Origin: Dipteris shenzhenensis
Taxonomy: Eukaryota
Direction: 5' to 3' (one strand)
Length of the DNA stretch: 64,000 bases
NCBI GenBank assembly: GCA_047967505.1
Contig: CM106538.1
In this document: piece by piece, positions 27,611 through 39,949 of the stretch
Position numbering within the stretch: position 1 is the stretch's first letter
Layout: every line of letters begins with the position of its first letter
Notes under the pieces: generated by a model
Told to the model about the DNA's origin: nothing
Database searches by the model: none
The model's input: only the letters and a program-made list of their open reading frames with translations
Made by a program: the position numbers and the translations under genes

Positions 27611-28360
27611 AGTGACATGTAGGTATGAATGAGGTAGGGGGAGGGGATGCGATGTTTTTATGTTGAGAGTCGGCTTTCAATGTAGTGAGGCGAGGGGGAT
27701 TGTATATCCCCCCTCCCCTTTACACAAGCAAACTCACACACATGCAACCAATCGCGAGGGGCACATTGCGCGTGGCCTACCCTGATAGATAGGCAGGAGG
27801 AGTCTGTGGAGGGAATTGAATGGGGGCAGCGAGCCTAAGGTGTGTGTATAGGCGGTGCGCGCAGCGCATGCCGGCGTATGGTGTGCATGGAATTCATGTG
27901 GGGGGCCAGGTGGGATGGCAATCTTGATCGGTGGGAGTGCGCCCAAATCTGTAAACACCCGGGGAAAGCCGAGGCTGGGGTAAAAGGATGGAGGAGGTGG
28001 GTGCGAGGAGGACAAAAGGGAGCGGAAAGGGGAGGGGGGAAAAAATAAAAAATAAGTGGGGGGGGGGGGGGGGGGGGCACAAAATTTGAAAAGGAGCGGA
28101 TCTGGAAGTTCTAATAATAGGGTTTGCCAGGGTGGAAATGAAGCGGATTGGAAAAGCAATTGGAGTCCGAAGTTATAATGCAAAAGTCGCAGCCAGCCAA
28201 TGTTTTCTTTTTTGCTGCATCATCATCATCTTCCTCATCTTCATCCTCAGCAAAAGCTTCTCAATTCCATTTTCATTTTCATCTTCTTCCTCATGCTCCT
28301 CTCCTTTTGATCCCTCTCCCCTTTCATCTTCTTCATCCATTTCTTCCCTTCCCCTCCTCC

Positions 28361-29569
28361 ATGGCTTTCGCTGGTACCCAGCAGAAATGCAAAGCTTGTG
28401 ACAAAACCGTCTACCTCGTCGATCAGCTCACCGCTGATGGCGTCGTCTACCATAACGCTTGCTTCCGATGCAACCATTGTAAAGGCACCCTCAAGGTACC
28501 TGCCTTCCCCTAACTCGCCCCCCCCCCCCCCCGCCCCCCGGATCCGCCCCGCCCCCCCCTCTTACCTTGATCCGCGGTATGCCCCTGCGTAGGGTTTTTC
28601 CCTACATGCCGTTGCTTGGCTCCCCTCGACCTGCTTTCCAGATCGATTCCAGCGTTTTTTATAGCTTGCTCTTTCAATGTGCAGTTGAGCAACTACTCTT
28701 CATTTGAAGGGACTTTGTACTGCAAGCCCCATTTCGATCAGCTGTTCAAGAGAACTGGAAGCTTGGAGAAGAGTTTCGAGACAGGTATGAGAGCATTGAT
28801 GATGTTTTGCATGTGAGACCAGCCTCGTTGACGGATAGTTACTGAAGTGCCGTGATGATTGCCTTTTCATGCAGGTGTGCAAAAAACTCCGAAATCTGTA
28901 GACAGGGCTTTCGAAAACGAATCGGTACGCTTGCTCCAAAACCATGCGTGTAGTGCGGCTTAATGTATCCTTGCAGTGTGTGATCTTTGAATGTTTGTTT
29001 CCAATTCGAGAATGCATTCTTGGTAATGGTATGGTTCAAATTGCTTTGCATTCGTGAGGGGTCTCAAACAGTCTGCTGTCGTATGGTTCTCTCGAGTGGC
29101 TGACGGAGTTGCATTCTTGAAAATTTTTAGCAGAAAACGCCTACCAAATTTTCTAGTCTATTCTCTGGAACACAAGAAAAATGCGTTGCATGTGGGAAGA
29201 CTGTCTATCCTATCGAAAAGGTAAAGTTTTATTGCAAGTCGCTGATATGGAAGCTGGCAAGTTGATTAGGCAGCTCATCGGTAGTAGCACTTTAGCAGCC
29301 CTCTTACTTCTTGATTTAACTTTTAAACTTTGCAAATGCGATATGCATTCGTTGTGCAGGTGAGTGTTGATGGGGTGTCGTATCACAAAACATGTTTTAA
29401 GTGCTCTCATGGTGGGTGTAGCCTAAGCCCTTCAAATTATGTGGCACATGAGGGCAGGCTGTACTGCCGTCACCATCACTCTCAGTTATTCAAGGAAAAA
29501 GGAAATTACAGTCAACTTGTGAAGGTGCCACCTGTGAAAGCTGTTACAGAGGAAAATGGAGCGTTATAA
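28361..29569 (+). CDS. Two-LIM-domain protein (plant WLIM/PLIM-type actin-bundling LIM protein), ~193 aa; exons 28361-28495, 28685-28784, 28875-28924, 29134 (or 29131)-29220, 29360-29569
   Basis: Spliced translation MAFAGTQQKCKACDKTVYLVDQLTADGVVYHNACFRCNHCKGTLK|LSNYSSFEGTLYCKPHFDQLFK...GTQEKCVACGKTVYPIEK|VSVDGVSYHKTCFKCSHGGCSLSPSNYVAHEGRLYCRHHHSQLFKEKGNYSQL. All introns are GT-AG and phase-consistent, with no internal stops. Confidence 0.95.
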
Positions 29570-30968
29570 GCGGTGGATCTTTTCTGTAGACTGGGTAGCG
29601 TTGCACAGATGTTTTTGTAGGAGAGGAGTTTGATGTATATTAGCTCGTGAGAAGATTCTTGGTAGGCTGAATAATCTTGTTGATAAGAGCTCATTTTTTC
29701 CCCTTGTCTTAGTTTACTGAATATCCTCATCATGAGGCTGTCCTTTTCCGGGATTTTTATGTGTTGTGTTTAGAGTATCGTGAGTATAGAGGGTGAGGTG
29801 GATGAGGCTGTCTAGCCTAGATAGTATATTTATTTATATGTACTGCTTTGAACTGCATCAAAGCATGCTGTCCTGAATCAAAGTGTACACCTTCTATCGC
29901 CATTGCAGCTAGTGCTCCACTGCAGGTCAGATTACACGTTTTCCAAGCATCATATCTGAGGAGATTGAAGTAGTTGGCACGAGGACTGTTGCTTACACTC
30001 CTTATGCTCAGTTTGTTATCTGTACATCTACATTTGAGTAACAACTGGCTGTCCCGAATATATTGGCTCCTATGTAGTGTATTCTCTTAAAAAAAAATTA
30101 TGCTTTACTTATGAACATCTGGGTTTCAGATCTTAAGAATCTAACTTATAGTAGTGTTTCTCATGTGCTTATGTTCTATGCACTAATATCAATGGTCCTT
30201 TATGATCACAAACGTAATGTGAGCTTCTTCTTCATCGTTTAAATAGTCTTGATTAGGTGACATACACAGCTGGTGGGCAAGAAGTCTTTACTCGGCCTGC
30301 TTCAGGATTTACAAATCCTTTGGAAATTTGACCTCCGTTCAATACACTTTCCATTTTATGCTTTGTTTGTGTCTGATCAGTAATCTCAACAATGTCCAGA
30401 ACATGGCCACATTCTTACTAATAGTTTTTTGATTCCTGAATTGAAATGTGACTATTTCTTGTGTTGATACCTGATCCTGTTTGACTTCCCCTTAGTTGAG
30501 CACATTCACAACTGTGGGCAGTAATTCCATGAAGTCTAGCTAGATAAACTCATGTTTACTTGCAGAGAAGCCTCTCAGTTAGCAGCATTTATGAGCACTG
30601 TACAGAACAAGAACTGTTTTGCAATTGACAGATTGGTGTTCAATTTTGAGCATAAGCCTTCATTGGTATGGAGTACAGCCAGCTTTTGATTCAGCTTGTA
30701 ATTGCACCTATGCCTCACGTAGTAGTAAAACGCAAGGGTCTTGCTTTAAACTTACAGAAAAGCACATATGGTGGGATGCTAAGAAGCGCAAGGAATGAAG
30801 CTGCTTTTTGTAAAGCACAAGCTGGTTTCCCGTATATGATGATTTTGTGCGAGTGAAAGTTGACTTGTGTATACTCCTGTGCTGTTAGTTTCTGACCTAG
30901 CTAAACCTGAAGTTTGAGGATTAGTAGAACCTTAGCATCTTAGGTGTTAAGCTTTTGAATCTAGACGA

Positions 30969-31182
30969 GTCATTTGCCTCAGGGCAGCTTTGTGTGTTGA
31001 CTCTAGTGAAGCACATTAGGCATGTGCTGGTGTTCTTGAAGCTAAGTTGGGAACTTTGGGTTTCCTTTTGGTTTTGAATCCAGCTGACTGTCATTTGCCT
31101 CAGGGGAGCTTTGTGTGTGGAGTCTAGTGAAGCACAGGAGGCATGTGCTGGTGCTCTTGCAGCTAAGTCGGGAATTTGTAGG
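30969..31182 (+). repeat. Local direct duplication (~95 bp unit, ~120 bp period)
   Basis: GTCATTTGCCTCAGGG.AGCTTTGTGTGT.GA.TCTAGTGAAGCACA..AGGCATGTGCTGGTG.TCTTG.AGCTAAGT.GGGAA at ~30969 and ~31090. Confidence 0.8.
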
Positions 31183-32849
31183 TAGACTCTCTTTGGGTTT
31201 CCCTTTATGTGCTGGAAGTACATTAAGGCTTGTGTGAAGTTAACTCAAATTATCACAATGTTTAGATAAAATTGTGATTGCTTTTAGTTGTGATTTGGCT
31301 TTGGCTTTGGTATGCATATTAATCAGATTAATTCTGAGAGGATGCATCTTTGGATGCTGTTGTTATCTTATTATGTCCAATGATGTGCATTTGTACATGG
31401 GACCGAATGGCCAGCACATTGGGGTTGTCTTCTTTCTGCAATCTCTCTTTATATCTGATTGGAAGAAAGCTGGACAACAGGTTGTCTAGGCTAAAGCCAC
31501 CAGCTGCTCATCTTTGAATAAGTGGTCAAGATATGGCAAGGATTAAAACTTGGGAAGTCATGAGAAGGTACTGCTGCAAAGCTTGGCATCTTCAGTGAGT
31601 GACCACTACACTTGATATGAGCCAACATCAAACCTCTTCTTGTTGCAGGGTATATCACAGCTGTCTTGTGACGATGTGTGTGCATGCTAGTTGTATGATA
31701 TAAATAATCAGATAGGAACTCTGGCTACAACTGATAACTGTAAAACTCAGGACTTTAGTGGTGTTTGAGATGATTTTCGGTGCAGTAGATTTGATACCCC
31801 AAGCCTGGCTATGGAGAGCATTAGAACATACTGATTGCATCTAAAACGAAGATTGTTTAGAGGCTCAAATATAAATAAATAAATATATGTTTGGCATTTG
31901 TTTAGCATTCTAGAACACGATTATATCAATGTGTACCTTGCTTACTAATGTAGAATGAAATTGTACCAACATTTCTTTGCTATTCTAGATAAAATTGTAC
32001 TTAGATTTGCCGTTGCAGACTTTTATATTCATGTCTCTTTGGGTTCTTATGTGGTATCATTCTGAGCTAGTTATGGGTAATGTTGTCTTGATAAATACTT
32101 AATTGTTTATCCCAAAGAGTTAAGATTGGAGCAGTCCATGGTGGGTGGGTGGGGGGGGGGGGGGGTGTGTGTGTGTGTGTGTGTGATGGAGATGGAGAGC
32201 TCTCCTGCTCCCTCCTATTTGCCTGTACCCTTGTCCTCCCTGGACATCCTCATCTTTCCTCTGATCCCTCCCTGTACTTGTCCGTACAGCCTCCTCTTCA
32301 ATCTGTACACATTTCGCCTGTCGTACAGTCCCCATTTTCTCTCGTACAGCCTGTCAGCCTCCGTACCTGTCCCGTCTGCATCTGTACCTGTCTTGTCATC
32401 TCCTGTGCAGCATCTGTTGCTTTCTGTTCCCTTACCACAGCATCCAGTGCTGCTCCAGCCCTCCTCTGCTCTCGGCCTTCTGCTGTCTGTACCATCTTTG
32501 CAGTCGACTCTTCCATTTCAAGTGCAGCCCTGCAGTCCGTATATCCTTTTGTCTCTGCTTCGGCTGATTGCTCCTCTGCTCAGCCCCTTCCTGCCTCCAT
32601 TCCCTCTACCCCTATCCCCTCTCCGTTCTTTGTGCCTCTTTCCTTTTCTTCTCCTTCCTTTTCCAGCCCTTCATCTCTTTTCATTATGCTCGGAAGAAGA
32701 AAAGGGATTCCCTTTCCTCGTTATTTTTGGAAGGGGTAAAGGTTGTCAAGTTAGACTCTTCCGCCTTACCCTCTTCTTCACTTTAACATGATTTGCTTCG
32801 TCAACTATGTGTTGATTCGGTGACCTCACCTACTGTTGTTGGATTTTCC

Positions 32850-33450
32850 TTACGAAGAATTCTTTTCCTTGAACCTTTCCTTTAGAGTATTCGCTGGGAA
32901 TAGCAACTTGGTGTTGCTTTAATTCATGGGAAGAGTTATGACGGTGGCTTCTTTGCAAGCTTGGTCCTTAGTTGTAGTGGGTGTTGGGAAGATTACTTCT
33001 TTTGTGTTCATGGGCAAGGGATTCTATTTTTCTCATTGTAACTTTGTGGACAGCGTCTTCCACTTGCTTACTTTGGGTGGAGTTCATGGAGCAGGTCACT
33101 TTGCAATTGTCATGCCTTGGGATCCTCTTTTCGATCTAGCTCGCTCCCTCCTCCACTTTTGTCTTGTTTGGATTATCCTCAAAGATTTGCCAGTCTCGCT
33201 TCTTCAGCATGTTCCTTCTCTTGCAGTTTTGCTAGATTGTGTTCTTTTCATTCCAGAGCAAGACTTCTTGGTCAAAAGTAGAGGTATTTGGGTACGCGTT
33301 CCTTGGGATATGGAGCAGCTTATATCTTCATGTTTGAACGTGGACTTTGGATTGCCTCATCCTCTTCGGATTCCTCTTCGCTTTGCCTCCTTTTCTAGTG
33401 CTTGGACATAAATGTTGCTAGTTAGGGCATTTTGCTAGAGCATGCTCATC
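32850..33450 (+). mobile_element. L1-type LINE ORF1 remnant (DUF4283-like plus zinc knuckle)
   Basis: FMGKGFYF...MPWDPLF...VWIILKDLP..., followed after a frameshift by HKCC*LGHFARAC; pyrimidine-rich leader upstream. Confidence 0.7.
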
Positions 33451-34112
33451 GTCTCCAGCTCTTGCTCTGGAGACTTTTGCTTCTTTTTATACCGGTTCCT
33501 GCGGTTCCTCTTTCTTCCTCTAGCACATAGGAAATATGGCATTTTTTCAAGCGTTCTAAAGTCTGGAGGAAAGTTTAGGATGCTATGTTGGTTAAGGATT
33601 CTAATCCTTTTGTTGTTTTGTCAATTCCAGATCCACTCCCTACAGTGTCGGATTGTTAGGTTTCTTGTGATCCGGTTCCTGTTGCTACTTTGACGCCTGA
33701 AGTTGTTTTGTTGATTGATATGCTTACCTCTTTATAGAGCCTCTCAGTCTCGGATACCGTTGTTCCTTTTTCCTTGGAATCTTTTCATCCTTGGTTGCAA
33801 CAGGTTTTTGATCTTGTGGTTTAGAAGTTTCGGCTTTCAGCTTACATTAAGAAGAATCACAAGGGAAAAAATAACTTTGTTATATTGATGGGGATGTCAC
33901 TCTGTTCCATCGCTTTTTACAAGTCAATAATTTGAAAGTGGATGATGTTCTATTGGATTCTTCTCCAATTGATATGTAAATTTTTACTTGGTTGCTTCAT
34001 GAGTTTTTTTCTCCGATGTCTTACTTGTAAATTTTATCTTTGTACTTATTGGTGGGTTTTCATCTCTTTTTGAGGTTTTCCACGCAGAAATAAAAGATTT
34101 TACTAAAAAATG

Positions 34113-34148
<36 letters not shown>

Positions 34149-34207
34149 CACAATACCTAGTTCTCTCATGAGAATTGTTCCATGTGTCAATAGCCACAAG
34201 ATGGCAT

Positions 34208-34250
<43 letters not shown>

Positions 34251-34599
34251 CAATACCTTGTTCTCTTACAAGAATTATTCCATGCATCAACAGTCACAAG
34301 ATGGCGTGATTTTTTGTAAAGCCTAAGGTTTTAAGGTTGGCTAACATGACTAATGCCAATCAAGCATGGGTGATTTGAAGTGGCAAAATTTGGCTTTATT
34401 TGGCAACTCCAAAAATATGAAAAAGTATAGCCATCAAGCTTACATGAAGGCCACTAGGATGACCATTACTTATTTACTTATTTACCTCTAAAATGATGTT
34501 CCATTTTCAATTCAAGGGATTAGAAGAGCCAATGTGGTGGATGACTCTATATATTATTCTAGAATACCCATTATATGGAGTACATAGGTGACCATGGTA

Positions 34600-37080
34600 G
34601 TTTAAATTTGTGGGTGATGTGACTTTTGTCTTCTAACATGGTTAAGTATTGGTGGTGCATGTTCTTGAGATGTGTTTTCTAATGGTTACTTTCTCGATTT
34701 CTCCTCTCACGTTTAGCAAGAGTGGGATGATTCTATCCAAAGACCTTTGGATGAAGCTTATTTAATGGCAAAAAGAGTAGTTTGGCATTGGTGTGCATCA
34801 TCTTTGACAATGGTAGTGAAAAAAATATTGATCTCATCCACTCTGGTGAAGAATTTTGAACTTTCCATGCAAGTTCATGCCCATCCATATACTCTTGCAT
34901 GGATGGCAAAGGGTACAAATAGTGGGTGAGTGAGTAATGTTGGGTAAGTTTTGCTATCTCAACTTTTTAAGATAAAGCTTTGTGTGACGTGGTTGAATTG
35001 GTTTATGGGGATGTGCTTAGAGGCAAGACCTATCAATAATTGCATATGGTGGGACATATGATGTATGTGTTGTATCCATAAAGTGATGGCAAGGGATTCT
35101 ACTAAAATCCTAAGTCATTTATGAATAGTTCTTATGAAACCTAGATTTAAGGTTCAACATATGTTGTATCATATTCTTTTGAAATGTAAGACATGTTCAT
35201 GTTGTAGGATGTGTGTCTCCCTCTCTTCATTGTGTGTAGAGAATAAGTTATATGCTCATTCCAACATGGTATCAAAATAATGTGGTTTAGCCTAATATCA
35301 TAGGTCATCCTCCCCTCATTCGGTTCTCAAATGTGGACTATAAGAAGCTGTGTTATTTAGGGGACCCCATTAATTTATGAACAATGTTTCCTATAGTTCA
35401 TTTACATGTTTAGGAATTATGTCTATGCGACCTATGAGTGAACTTTTTGGAAAGTATAAAAAGCATCTCTTACTTGTGCTTCTTTTGGTAGAATTTGGAA
35501 TGTCAGTGTTGGCCATTGGTAGTTGATTCAAACAACCTTGGAAGGTGCAAAATCCAAGGAATGCGAACTCCAAATAGCTTGGGTTTCAAGGAATTCAGTT
35601 ATAGAGCAAAGGATGGTCATGGAGGTTTGCAAAAGTTAAGAAGGTCGAGAGGCTAAGGCAACCTTAATAAGACAAGTCACCATCATGTCTCAACAAGAAA
35701 GATCTAACAAGGGGAGCTAAAGTTTCTAAAAGACCCTTCAGCAACCTCAAAGGGAGCTAAAGCTTAAAAGACCCTTGAGCAACCTCAAAGATCATAAGGA
35801 ACCTCACTCGAGATTGCCAAGCGTTAGGCATAGAGACAATGAACAATGGCATTCTCCAATAGAGTATTGGTAAGAGTGAAAATGCCTCAACATTATAGAT
35901 GGTCCATCACAAGTAGCAAAAGGCTTTGCTCATAGAAGTATGCATGAAAAAACGATTTAGAGAGATTCAATCATATACTCCTTGAAGAAGAACTACAACG
36001 ATGGGTTAAATGCATCAAGGATCAAATAGGCTATGGAATCAACGTATTATTGGATTTTCCTAGACTTTTAATCAAAATAACATGATTTGGACTATTGTGG
36101 ATAGCTTTAGCAAGCAAGCATATTTCTTGCCTTGCAAAAAGACATTGTTTGCACCACAAGTGGTACACATGTAATTGAAGTATGTTTTTTCACATCATGG
36201 ATTATCAAAGATTATAGTATGAGATTGAGATTCCAAGTCCTTGCAGTGCTTTTTGGAGGACTTTATTTAAAAATCTTGGCACTAAAGTGGATTTTACTTC
36301 AGCTTTCCATCTTGAGGCAAATGGGTAACCAATAATACTATTTTAGATATGTAGTGGATATATGTTGATTCTCAAGATAAGAATTGGGATAAGTATTTGC
36401 ATTTATTATAATTTGATTATAACAACATAATCCATTCTGCTATAGGAAGAGCTTCATTCGAAATAATATATGAAAAGTTATTACTACTTCCTATCACAAG
36501 AATTAGTCAAGAGATTGAAGCTGTTGATGATTTTACAAGAAATTATGATCGAATCATGAGAGAAGTGATTGAAGCCATCAAGAGAGGTTAAGAAAAGTAT
36601 ACTAAATAAGAAAACAAGAAAACGAGAAATACGAATTGAAAAGAGGTGTTTAAAGAGTGCGAAAAATGCCCTGCGGTAAAATTAGTACCAAGGTTTTATG
36701 GACCTTTCAAGGTTATCTCTAAGATAAATGATTTGACTTATCGTTTGGACTTGCCCAATCATTGGAAGATTCATAACGCCCTTTACATTCATCTCTTGAA
36801 ATCTTTTAAAGGAGAATTACCCACGCATCTTGTTTATGAAGAGCCACCTTTAGTTGTGGATGAAGTTGAAGTTCTTGAGTCTGATTATGTTCTAGATGAT
36901 CAGCAAAGAACAACGCGCAAAGGAAATACTTATAACTCCTTGTTATAGAAGTTAAAAAATCATCCAAAAGAAAATGCATAGTGGTTTTCCGAGCAGTTTT
37001 TTTGAGACCATCCTGATATCTTTAACTCATATAAACAAAATCACAACTGAGGTCAGTTGCATCTTAAGCAAGACGGAATC
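34600..37080 (+). mobile_element. Decayed Ty3/Gypsy (chromovirus-like) fragments: protease, integrase, GPY/F motif, chromodomain-like tail
   Basis: IIFDNGS...HAHPYTLAWM, WTIVDSFSKQAYFLPC, KLVPRFYGPFKVISKINDLTYRLDLP...IHNA, then VLDDQQRTTRK...HPKENA*W. PBS-like CA|TGGTATCA at ~35267 suggests more than one element. Confidence 0.7.
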
Positions 37081-39949
37081 TTACAAGAAAGTATTTCTTA
37101 AAGCTCTTGTTCAAAATGATGTAAAGTATTTATAGGATCGCACCAGACGTGGTGAGGGTTCTATTTAATACTTTGGTTTAGTTAGGGATGCCTAACTAAA
37201 CGTGTGTCATTAATAAGTATCATGGGTGATGTCATTTAGAAATACTCACATTAATGTGGATAGTTATTTGTAAAGACCATTACTTAGCATGATTGGCTAA
37301 TCATTTGATGTATATCATTGCGTTAAGTATTTGACTAATGGTGGATTGGTTCATTGAGTATAGGAAATGACATGGACGGATGGGAGTAAACACGCTCAAG
37401 GGAATAAAGGCTAAATTCCATGGTTTTATGCTAGCACTATGTAATGTATTAAATAGCCAAGGGTCATTACATTTTTGATAAGGGAGAGTGCTTAAAAGCC
37501 TTCCACCTTTGGCATGCAATTTTGGATGAGTACGTGAGTAAAGGAGTGACAAAGAGAAAATGGTCTTACGTGCATTGGTGCTTATCAAAGAGAGTGAGTT
37601 GGGCATTGTTTAAGGTGTGAGTGTGTTGGTATAATTGCATATGCACTATGTGATCAGTGTTGTTTTGATCATGATACGGTAATGGCCAATTTTGAAGGGT
37701 TCTCTTCTCTGACTATTGTTTCCATTTTGATCCTGTTTGCATGCATGAATGTTGTGGTGTGGCATGCATGGTTGTGGAGGTGAGGCTTGCTCTTTGAGTG
37801 GCTATTCACATATGCATATTTGCCATTCTAGTAATTATTCCATTGCTAAGTGGCTTTTCTATTTGATAGCTGCTATTCTATTGTTATTGTGGAATCGTGG
37901 TTTTGTGTAGTTGGTAGTCGGACAATGATACCATTTAGTTCTCATAGAGAATGTAGGGATTGTAGTGATAGTTTTATTTGAGGGTATTGGATTGATGAAA
38001 GTCTTGAAGCATGGTAGATTTTTAAACTATTTGCATCTTCGTGTTATGGAGGTGTTATATAGATGTACATGGGATTTGTTAGGGGGAGTGTGTCTAGAAT
38101 TGTGACAAACCAGAGAAGAGCGAGGAAGAAAGGAGATGGAATTGTTTTGCTTGGGGAATTCACCTATTAAAATTTTAGTGTACCACGTGCATTCAAAAGG
38201 AGAGGTATTTTAATTCAAGTTTTGAAAAAATTCAACTGGATTACAATAGCAGGAGGGGTTTTTAAATTCAATCTTAGAAAAATTAGTTCATAACTTATAA
38301 GTAAAGAGGGGTGTTTTTATTGGGGGACAGATTTTAGTTGAGGAGTTTTTTATATAACCCTTGAACGTACTTGATACACAAGATTTCTTAGTATTGCATC
38401 CCCTGAGTTGTTTTGGACAGGAAACATAAAGAAGAGGCTCTACTTCACATACGTAAGAGCAATCGACACTAGAGTTAAGCCGATAGGGGTATAGGAGGGC
38501 TCAAGTCCCAGCAAGCAGGGAGAGAAAGCAAGTAAGGCATTTGAGAGAGGGTGGAATGTTGAGTTAGTTAGAACGAAGGTGGCAAAGAGGGTGGTGGTAT
38601 TTAGGATCTAAATTCGATTAAGGAAGAGGGATGTATGTGCATCTACTATGAGATTTGAGAGTGTAGAATCTTGAGATATGGGTAAACAAGTGTGGGGAGA
38701 TATTGGCGGCCAAGAGGATTGATCCAATGCTCAAGGTTGCTTCACTGTGTTCATGTGCGGTACCTGATAGAGAGTTTTGGGGGTACGATGTTTGGATGGG
38801 GAGCCTGAGCCGATTTCTACCATATGCAATAACTTGCCAAACATTTTTTATCTGAACTTTTACAGTTTTGGACTTGTTACGTGCATTTCTTGGTTGTTTT
38901 ATAATTTTGAGGTTAGACGGCGTGCTACCGTTCCCTGTTTGGAAACTTCTGAGTATTATAGAGCGTTTGGCTGTGTTTTTTGTCATAACTTTGTTCGTGA
39001 CATTGTGATTTGTTGGCCTATCTTTTGTGTTCAAAGTTCATCCGTGTGAATGCAATATTGCAAATGATTCGGGTGTATTCTCTATTGTAAGTGGGTTTGT
39101 GAGCTTGTGGTGAATGTATTTGCATATAGGTTAGGTATCCCTCACATTTCATGACGCAGATCCACGTTCTCACTTTTTTTCCTTTATTTTAAAAAAAAAA
39201 TGCAATGTAAATGATGTAAATGAAAGGCACCATGAATTGCTATGGTTGTCCATATATATATATATATTAATACCTTTAAAAAATTTAATGACCAAAGAAA
39301 AAAACATAACCCTATGGATTGTTTTGTTCTTTTTTTGTGGGCAAATTATACTCATGTGAATGCATTTGCATATAGGTTCTATCCCCCACATTTCCCTTCA
39401 TTTTAAGGAAAGAAAAACAATGCAAATGAAAGATCCATAAAGTACTATCTTCTTGCTAGATTAAATAAATGCAGAGCCATATAGAAATTTCATGTGAATG
39501 TACATCCAAAGATTGCTTGAAATCATAACCTTTGCAAACCCGCATGAGTAAACTAAAAAGAATATAGATTATTAAAGCTTGCATTGAATGGTTCATTGAA
39601 GTGCACAATATCTAATACATGATGATGAGTTACACATACGAATAAATTTAATGGCTATGTGAAACCATGTTCTAATAAAAGAAAATTTGGTGATGCAGAT
39701 ACCATTGCTCCTGAAGCGAAAAGAGATGTCTATAGACATGGGGGAATGCTTGCAAAATCTTGTGTTGCAAGAAGAACAAACTAAACCTAATAGTATCAAA
39801 GATTATATGCAATGTTCTATGTTAAAAAAAAAAAGATTATATGCAGTGAACCAACCCTTCGCATCTCTTTCAAGCATTAAGCATAAGGTGCTAAAAATAA
39901 TACAGATTGCGAATGAGACACATGGCGCAAGCAAGGCACAAGCATTCTA

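Noticed and set aside
32126-32791. 221 aa and 196 aa low-complexity ORFs as host genes
   Set aside because: Pyrimidine-rich low-complexity sequence leading into the LINE ORF1 remnant, with no domain signature.
38690-38720. WGDIGGQED peptide resembling the AAA-ATPase N-linker motif
   Set aside because: No Walker A/B follows and the frame is closed by stops; treated as chance.
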